This document shows positions 27,371-34,500 of a stretch of DNA of 44,352 nucleotides, piece after piece. Made by a program: the position numbers and the translations under genes. The notes under the pieces were generated by a model that worked only from the letters and a program-made list of their open reading frames with translations, had not been told where the DNA came from and did not search any database. The DNA is from Methanobacteriota archaeon (GTDB lineage Archaea; Thermoplasmatota; Poseidoniia; Poseidoniales; Thalassarchaeaceae), in contig PANM01000004.1 of NCBI GenBank assembly GCA_002708385.1, positions 1 to 44,352 of the forward strand. Reading direction: 5' to 3'. Numbering within the stretch: the first letter of the stretch is position 1; the number at the start of each line of letters is the position of its first letter.

Positions 27371-28234
27371 TCAGAGAAAAGCACCACAACCAGTACAGTA
27401 TGCGGTTCCACTATTATTGACAGCACCACACTCTTTACAGGAGATTACAGATCTATCCTTTGTAGAAGGTTTAGTTGAAGACCATTGATTTCCTTCCTCA
27501 ATATCCCAATTAGTTTGATTACTTGACTTAGCCGATTTTTTACTAGCGATTTTTTCTGCTTTGGCAGCAGCCCTAGCAGCAGCTTTCTCTGCTTTCAGGG
27601 CTGCCTTGGCCTGCTTTGCAGCTTGTTTTTTCTCCTTTCTCTCTAACTTAGCAGCATTTTTTTCCCTACGAGCCAATTCTTTTGCGAGTCTACGCTTAGC
27701 TGAAGTTTCTGCACTGGAACTTAACGAACTGGTCTGCTTTTCAGAAACTTCTGAATCTGTCGAATCTATCTGCAAATCACTAGCAATTCCTTCTACTTGA
27801 ACATCTACATTCATTCGAGTATCTTCGGAATCTAATTCAATTTCATTTCCTTCCTTATTCAAATCGGAGATACGTCCACTCATTCTTTGTTGGATTCGTG
27901 AACCCGACCGTCCTTTCGGTTTTATTTGCGCCTGTGCCTCTAACCGTTCCAAAGCCGCATCCCCTCGCCCCCAGAGACCCTTATCTTCCATTTTGTACAT
28001 TTTTGAAAGGCCTTTGATTGCACTAGACCGGTGGTATTCATGGTCTTCAACCACTCTGTATTTTAGGTACATGATTATTCCCAAAATTATTGCTGAGGAG
28101 TGAATTACGACTTGAGCAATAATATCCTCTACCAGTAATTCTTCGATATTGGGTAGGCCAAATCTCAAGGCGACAACACAGACTGTTGGAGCAAAAAGCA
28201 AAGCCATGCTCATCAGCGGAGAACGCTCTGCCAT
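27371..28234 (-). CDS. Membrane protein with two N-terminal TM helices, a long Lys/Ala-rich helical region and a C-terminal zinc ribbon
   Basis: The TM segments are MSMALLFAPTVCVVAL and AQVVIHSSAIILGIIMYL. The K/A/E-rich stretch is AKRRLAKELARREKNAAKLERKEKKQAAKQAKAALKAEKAAARAAAKAEK. The C-terminus is CKECGAV...CTGCGAFL. I prefer the start at 28234 (GGGGG lies 7 nt upstream) over the track start at 28288. Confidence 0.65.
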   Translation of the reverse strand: MAERSPLMSMALLFAPTVCVVALRFGLPNIEELLVEDIIAQVVIHSSAIILGIIMYLKYRVVEDHEYHRSSAIKGLSKMYKMEDKGLWGRGDAALERLEAQAQIKPKGRSGSRIQQRMSGRISDLNKEGNEIELDSEDTRMNVDVQVEGIASDLQIDSTDSEVSEKQTSSLSSSAETSAKRRLAKELARREKNAAKLERKEKKQAAKQAKAALKAEKAAARAAAKAEKIASKKSAKSSNQTNWDIEEGNQWSSTKPSTKDRSVISCKECGAVNNSGTAYCTGCGAFL

Positions 28235-28329
28235 GATAAGGCCCCCTAAATCCAAGGTTTGAATCATTCGTGATATTGTGAGACACATATACCATAGATA
28301 TCATGACCTTCCTTTGACCCGAGAATATT

Positions 28330-28842
28330 GTGGAACCAATAATTACCGTATCTAGTGTAGTAGAAACTCACGAGGATTTCTCTATGGTTCATCGTGCGGT
28401 TACAACATTGTTTCCGGATTGGGATTGTACAAATTCTCGATCAAAACAAGAATACCCAGTTATTCGCGAAGCAAAAATTCTTATTGGAAATTCAGAATCA
28501 CTGTCATCGGTAATTGAGAATTGTAGAAATAATCGTATTTTGGATACTGCCCTTGATGCAATGACTTTGAATTTAATTGATGATTGTACAAGTTTTTTCC
28601 TCTCCCGACAAGCGGCTTTTGTTGGAAAGGTATCATTTGTTATAGACGAGGCACCGATGGGAGGAGTAATCGAAATAGGTTTGCAAGGAGACAACCTTGG
28701 ATTGTGGTTAGAGCAACAAACTTGGCATGAAGGCAGAAATAGCATACCTAGAACTGTTGGAGATGATTTACAGATGGAGAATGATGGAACTCCTAAGGAA
28801 TGGTTTGATAATAAGGGTAGGAGAACCATAAAATTGGACTAA
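28330..28842 (+). CDS. UPF0201-family (PF01877-like) putative RNA-binding protein
   Basis: The start is GTG. The pattern I-x-V-S-x-V-V-E-T-H-E-D...FP...ILDTALDAM...FFLSRQAAFVGKVSF...PMGGVIEI matches my recollection of archaeal UPF0201 proteins. The near full-length antisense ORF 28389..28829 is judged a shadow. Confidence 0.55.
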   Translation: MEPIITVSSVVETHEDFSMVHRAVTTLFPDWDCTNSRSKQEYPVIREAKILIGNSESLSSVIENCRNNRILDTALDAMTLNLIDDCTSFFLSRQAAFVGKVSFVIDEAPMGGVIEIGLQGDNLGLWLEQQTWHEGRNSIPRTVGDDLQMENDGTPKEWFDNKGRRTIKLD

Positions 28843-29879
28843 TTCCTTGGGATTCCTGACTTCATCCATTTTTCAATTAGAGGTTTGTCTGCAGGTAACC
28901 ATTTCACTGAATCTAAAGATTTTTGATCTAACCACTTGATAACGTCATGTTCGATTGGAATTATTGCATTAGAGTCAACTATCCCACAATCCCAGATATA
29001 CAATGATACAAATCTATCTTCGTATTCATGATTTATTGTAGCCACCTTACTCTTTGGATTGACATGGATTCCTAATTCTTCAGAAATTTCTCTTCTTAGA
29101 GCCGTTTCTTCCGATTCTCCGGGGTCGATCTTTCCACCAGGAAATTCCCACCACCCTCCCCAAACATCCTCTGGAGGTCTACGACAGGATAAAATACGAT
29201 TTTTTGAATCAAATAATAGAGCCCCCACTACTCTTAATGTTGGCTTAATTGCAAGTATTTGGATTATACGAGATATTACTTCGATTTGTCGTTCTATGTC
29301 AATTTCCTCTTCGGGAGGTAAGTGGATAAATATCGCAGGGATTCTTAGATTGTTTGATTCTATAGAATTAAGCGTTCTAAAAAAAGTTTCATTACAGACA
29401 AAAGAACCTGCATTTTCACTCCATTGCACATCTTCTTCTTCCTCAAATTCCTCATCTAAAATATGCTTAGAAACTGTAGTTTGATATTTTGGAGGAGCAT
29501 CTTTCAGTATTTCTTCATTAGATATCCTTCCAGAATTATCTGCTATTGAAAAGTCCGATTTATTATGGGCCCAACGCTCCATAGAAATTATTTTCCTTGA
29601 TTCGGCTAGACCCATTTGAATAATTGCGTCATATTTTTCACCATTTTGAATTTTTTCTGATACTTTATGTGAGCCCGCTTCATCGCAGCTTAACAGCAAG
29701 GGCTCGATAGAAATTCCAGATATTACTCTGGATTGTAAAATCGTCATCACTTTATTGGAAACATTCACCTTATTCCTACCGAAGGCAGGGAAGGAGGTCA
29801 GCAGAACCCTCTTTTCCACAGCCGACCGAATAACTGTCGGTAGTTGTGTTTTGCGTGCACGAAGCATCGTCAGATTCAT
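28839..29879 (-). CDS. Fusion protein with an N-terminal pyroglutamyl-peptidase I-like (peptidase C15) domain and a C-terminal MutT-type NUDIX hydrolase
   Basis: The C15 contexts are VLLTSFPAFG, catalytic Glu in SMERWAHN, Cys in AGSFVCNETFF and His in IFIHLP. The NUDIX box is complete: GKIDPGESEETALRREISEELGI (G-x5-E-x7-REUxEExGU). The MutT-like end WLPADKPLI is present. Confidence 0.75.
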   Translation of the reverse strand: MNLTMLRARKTQLPTVIRSAVEKRVLLTSFPAFGRNKVNVSNKVMTILQSRVISGISIEPLLLSCDEAGSHKVSEKIQNGEKYDAIIQMGLAESRKIISMERWAHNKSDFSIADNSGRISNEEILKDAPPKYQTTVSKHILDEEFEEEEDVQWSENAGSFVCNETFFRTLNSIESNNLRIPAIFIHLPPEEEIDIERQIEVISRIIQILAIKPTLRVVGALLFDSKNRILSCRRPPEDVWGGWWEFPGGKIDPGESEETALRREISEELGIHVNPKSKVATINHEYEDRFVSLYIWDCGIVDSNAIIPIEHDVIKWLDQKSLDSVKWLPADKPLIEKWMKSGIPRN

Positions 29880-29886
29880 TCGCCCT

Positions 29887-30234
29887 ATGCTTTGCCAAAG
29901 GTCAATGGCAAGCGATTATGTCGTGCAGGTCGTCGAAGACGATGTTGACGACACAGGGCCTCTGGGTGTTGTAAGAGTCATCTGGTACGAAATCAGTGGG
30001 GGAATCGGCCCATGGGGTGCACTTAGGCCATTAATTGCTATAATATTAGCATTGATTCCCTTCTTTTTCATCGGACAACACTTTAATCGACAACATCGTA
30101 AAGCTGCTAGTTGGTTTGCTGTACAATTCCCGCTTATCCTCACCATAGTGTTATGGCCTGTTCTGTATTTTTGGTCAATCGGAGATGCTTGGTGGGTTTC
30201 AAGTGGTATAGTCGCTAGAACAGAATCTAGGTAG
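29887..30234 (+). CDS. Small hypothetical membrane protein (two TM helices)
   Basis: The hydrophobic segments are LIAIILALIPFFFIG and FAVQFPLILTIVLWPVLYFW. The track start at 29755 overlaps the divergent gene. ATGs at 29887 or 29905 are more plausible. Confidence 0.45.
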   Translation: MLCQRSMASDYVVQVVEDDVDDTGPLGVVRVIWYEISGGIGPWGALRPLIAIILALIPFFFIGQHFNRQHRKAASWFAVQFPLILTIVLWPVLYFWSIGDAWWVSSGIVARTESR

Positions 30235-30242
30235 GTTGCGTA

Positions 30243-31091
30243 ATGGTGGAAAACATTGTCAATATTGCCGGGTATAGATTTGTAGATTTACCCGACCGAG
30301 ACGAACTTCGAGAACCTTTCAAATCAGTCTGTGACGACTTCGGTTTACTCGGAACGATATTGCTTAGTCATGAAGGAATAAACTTCTTCCTATCAGGTAG
30401 TCAATCTTCAATTGATTTATTCATCGAATATCTAGAAAAGGATTTACGATTCATCAACATTCCACTAAAAATCTCTTACAGCGAAAGAATGTCGTTTCGG
30501 AGAATGAATGTGAGATTGAAAAAAGAAATCATTTCTCTTGGACTAGATTCAATAAGGCCGTCTGAATCTACTGGTGAATCAATTTCCCCCTCTACTTTCA
30601 AATCTTGGTTAGACGAAGGTAGAGAAATTGTCGTCCTAGACACTAGAAATGATTACGAGGTTCGTTTAGGTACTTTCGAAGGAGCGGTAGGCCTCAATTT
30701 ATCGACATTCAGGGCATTTCCGGATGCTATTGCAAAGTCTGAAATTGACAAAAATCAGACTGTAGTAATGTTCTGTACAGGCGGCATCCGTTGTGAAAAA
30801 GCTAGTTCGGTTATGATGCAACAAGGATGGTCGGACGTCAGACAATTGGAAGGAGGTATTCTTGGTTACTTTGAAGAGGTTGGCGGAGAACATTGGAATG
30901 GCGATTGTTTCGTTTTTGACCGAAGGGTAGCCGTTGATCCTGCACTTGAGGAGACTACAACCCAAATGTGTTGGGCGTGTAGAGAACCATTAACTGAAGA
31001 AGAGATGCAAAGTGAACAATATGAGATTGCTAGGTCCTGTCCGTATTGTATTGAAGAGACTAGAACCCTTCAGGGAGCTCCATTGGACTAA
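30243..31091 (+). CDS. trhO: Rhodanese-domain tRNA uridine(34) hydroxylase TrhO (UPF0176/YceA family)
   Basis: The N-terminus NIAGYRFVDL...GTILLSHEGINFFLSG and the rhodanese active-site loop CTGGIRCEKAS are present. A C-terminal Cys cluster CWAC...CPYC follows. Confidence 0.8.
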   Translation: MVENIVNIAGYRFVDLPDRDELREPFKSVCDDFGLLGTILLSHEGINFFLSGSQSSIDLFIEYLEKDLRFINIPLKISYSERMSFRRMNVRLKKEIISLGLDSIRPSESTGESISPSTFKSWLDEGREIVVLDTRNDYEVRLGTFEGAVGLNLSTFRAFPDAIAKSEIDKNQTVVMFCTGGIRCEKASSVMMQQGWSDVRQLEGGILGYFEEVGGEHWNGDCFVFDRRVAVDPALEETTTQMCWACREPLTEEEMQSEQYEIARSCPYCIEETRTLQGAPLD

Positions 31092-31581
31092 ATAAATGAC
31101 CAGGGCTTGTGGCTTCAGCCATCTGAATTCTGAGGCGCATTTCCCAATCACGAAGTAAGGTAATTACAGATGAGAACGGTATTTCTGCGCCATTAATAAT
31201 CACTCTAATCATAGTGTCAAGTATATCCATCCTATCTTCATCCAGTGTACCTAGAAGCTTATCCAAAGGAAAGGAGTCAATTGTTGGAGTATTGTATTTC
31301 TGGTCTATTTCCCAGGGTTGTGAAATATTATCCGGTAATTTTTCACCACTCTTGGAAGCAGTACGATTTAATGATTCGAGTAAAGTACGGATATATTTTG
31401 AAACTACCAATGAAACCTCAATTACAGGTAAATTATATTGCTTAACGAAGTTAACCATATTTTCCTGGAGGAATAGTAATCTTTCTTCTACAGGGGAATC
31501 AGGATCAGGGATTTTGGTATTCTCATCCAAAGATATCACCGAAAATCTGCCTCTAGGAGAAATCAATAGACCTCGTGTCAT
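31060..31581 (-). CDS. Hypothetical cytoplasmic protein (173 aa) directly downstream of the giant TSP3 gene
   Basis: The composition looks like a real protein, whereas the antisense ORF 31214..31594 is Ser-rich and shadow-like. The ATG at 31581 overlaps the giant gene's end by 29 nt. An alternative GTG at 31539 avoids the overlap. The 3' end overlaps convergent trhO by 32 nt. Confidence 0.5.
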   Translation of the reverse strand: MTRGLLISPRGRFSVISLDENTKIPDPDSPVEERLLFLQENMVNFVKQYNLPVIEVSLVVSKYIRTLLESLNRTASKSGEKLPDNISQPWEIDQKYNTPTIDSFPLDKLLGTLDEDRMDILDTMIRVIINGAEIPFSSVITLLRDWEMRLRIQMAEATSPGHLFSPMELPEGF

Positions 31582-34500
31582 ATCTCATCGGTGAGCCGCT
31601 ATCTCCCCAGACGCCATCGATAATGTCATCATTGATTTCAAACCAATCATTGTACCAGTCACCATCTGAGTCCCAATTGGTAGGATCAGTACCGTCTGCA
31701 AAATTATCCCCGTCTATATCTATATTCCACCATCCATAGACATACTCCCCTAGGCCTATATTGGGCAGATGGTATTGGTCTCCTGCAAATCTATTGTAAG
31801 AATCTGCCCACACCCCATTGACTAATATTTGGTCATCGTTGGTATTGAGTACTTGATAATCCAAATCGTTGTCGACAATAATTAATGTGTATAACTGATT
31901 TGAATTATAAGAACCATCTTCATTTGCAACAGCGTACATTTGGAAATAATTTGTTGTGATTCCTGAACTGCCTGAACAAAGACCTAGTAGTGATTCTCTT
32001 AGTTGCCACCACTCAACAACTATGTTTCCATAACAATCCACGAGATTCGCCTGCCGAACTAATTGTGGAGAGGATAGTGTAGCATTTGAAATACCATAAT
32101 ACTCTTGGAAGTTATTGTATGGGATATAGACACAATTACCTCCAGTACAGTCCCAACCTCCATCATTGTCAGCATCTTGTCCCGCATCAGATGGGTCGGT
32201 CGCATCATGAGTAAACCAAGTCCATTCAAGATTTGGTCTACCAATTACCCCACCATTGACAGTAACCGGCTTCAAAACACTGGGGGTAACCTGATACCAA
32301 TCTACTGATATTTTGAGATATGATGACCAATTATCATTGGTTTCATTCCAACCTCTAAAGTACTCATAAAAATCAGGCATCATATCGCCATCAGTATCAT
32401 TGTCCAGGGGATTAGTTCCATATTTGAATACCTCTCGACCATCTGAAAGATTCAGATTTTGAATATAATCAACCACTAACCCACCATTAAATACTGGCTC
32501 CATGACGTTTGAGTCTTCATCGCTATCCAATTTAAGCGGATGAGTTCCGTTGTTAAATTCCATGATATTTGTGAAAAACAATTCGGTATTAGATTGTGGA
32601 ATTTGATCAATTGAAGGTGCTAAAGTGAATTCTCTGTTATTCCATACACCTTGTTCGGCTGGTGTATCAAATTGTGTTCTATCGTACCAACCATCTGCAT
32701 CCGGATCATAGTTCACATCCAAAGGATTTAGAGGATTGAGAGACCAGCGATAATCGTTTATTGGTAACCATTCGCCGTAAATTGAATAGCAGAATTCCCA
32801 CCCATCTGGTAGTCCATCACTGTCCGAATCAAAATTTGTTGGATCAGATACACCTGCTAAACTGATGTTAAAATTATCAGAATCTATCGAATTTATCAGA
32901 CCTGCTCTATCACTAGATTTCGTATCCTTGGTGGAAAATAAGACCCAGAGTCTATCATTTGCTGCTGGTTCACTCATGGCTTTTTCGTCCATGTATGCGT
33001 TTATCGTATCTTGACCATAAGATACCAATCCTGTGCCGTTTGGTATCGTATCAATTGCAGATCTCTTACCATATACTCGGGCATCATATTCTGCAAGGTT
33101 GTCGTATGATTCTGAGTCTGAAATCACCCCATCTCCATTACAATCAAAAGAATCATCGTCACTATCTTCATGAATATCAACATCGGTAAGTGGGTTCATA
33201 GTCCATATGTTATCTTCTAAATTCCATTCTGTAAACCAATACTCGTATCCATCACTCATACCGTCCCTATCGGTATCATCAGAATTTGGATCTGTAATTC
33301 CCAATAAGGCCAGTAACAATGGTTTAGCCGGTTCACCATCTTGCCAATCATTAAATTGCTGAAGAGCTATGTCCGCCCTACCTTCTTTATTGAAAAGAAT
33401 TCTATACACTCTGTTAACTGCCTCATTAGGGTCCAGTGTTTCTGCTTCTTCCCACATTCTAGGGGCATCCGGAGGCGATAAACCCCCATTTTGTGGGTTT
33501 TTATTGGTTAGGTTCAACTCAACAAGATCGGTTATACCATCTCTATCAGAATCATAATTTCCATCCCCGGCAATAAGTGGGTTTAATGTCCAGGTTTCAT
33601 CCGTCATATTCCATCGAGTGAACATCAGTTCTATACCGTCAAGAAGGCCGTCACCATCGGTATCAGGTTCGTTGGGATTTGCTGTATATCCACTTTGTTG
33701 AATATCTTCTTGGCTAAGGAAAGTACCGAAAGATAGTGTAGATTCCGCGGATAACCAAGGTGTTGCAAGTGACTCACCTCCTACATTCAAAAGATAAAAT
33801 TGGGGAACTGTAGTAAGGCCATCTATTTCACTTAAGTTGCCATCGATGACGTTGTATTCTTCCCAATTATTCATTCCATCTCCATCAGGGTCTCCAACTT
33901 GATCTCGTTCATCTACTGGATTAAGAGTCCAAGATTCATCGAATAAACTCCATCGAGCGTGATAAAATTCCCATCCATCAGGCATTCCATCTCCGTCTGA
34001 ATCTGAAGCCAAAGGGTTAGAAGATCCAACATCCTCAGTAGTAGTTCCGTTGATTAAACTACGATATGCAGTACTGGTTTCGGCTCCAAAAGAGGACCCT
34101 GCAAAGCCCTGCCAAGAATCATGAGTCAGAAGAGTAGTGAAATTATCGGGGAAATTTAATCCGGATGCTGTTGAGTCTGAAAAAATAATTTGATCTTTTA
34201 GATGATATTCAAGCCAATTTACAAGACTCTCATTTAATTCTAGAATTCCGTCATGGTTCACGTCAAACCCATCCCCATCTGGATTATTGAGTGCATCAGA
34301 ACCATTCAATGGATTGATTCCTCGGTTATTTCGGCCCCATGTACATTGGTAACGCGCCTCCCATCCATCAGGTAAAGAGTCGCCATCAGAATCTGGATTA
34401 TTAGGGTCTGTCTTCGTCCAACTTTGCGCCGCACTAGCGTTTTCACCATGTGTAGGAAGTCCTTCAATCAGGACAGTTTCTAACAGATTACCCCACATAT

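Noticed and set aside
27521-27800. A low-complexity GCAGC/GCTTT-rich DNA stretch and the plus-strand ORF 27561..27800. I considered these as a tandem repeat or a separate gene.
   Set aside because: The periodicity is explained by Lys/Ala-rich coding on the minus strand (AAKQAKAALKAEKAAARAAAKAEK). The plus ORF is its Ala/Phe/Leu-rich antisense shadow, and there is no exact DNA repeat unit.
28389-28829. A 146-aa minus-strand ORF almost coextensive with the UPF0201 gene.
   Set aside because: The plus-strand product carries the recognisable family pattern (ILDTALDAM...SRQAAFVGKVSF). The minus product has no motifs and shadow-like composition.
29059-29886. The plus-strand ORF 29059..29484 and the 5' extension (29755..29886) of the small membrane protein.
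   Set aside because: Both lie antisense to the well-supported peptidase-NUDIX fusion gene. The membrane protein has in-frame ATGs at 29887 and 29905, just past that gene.
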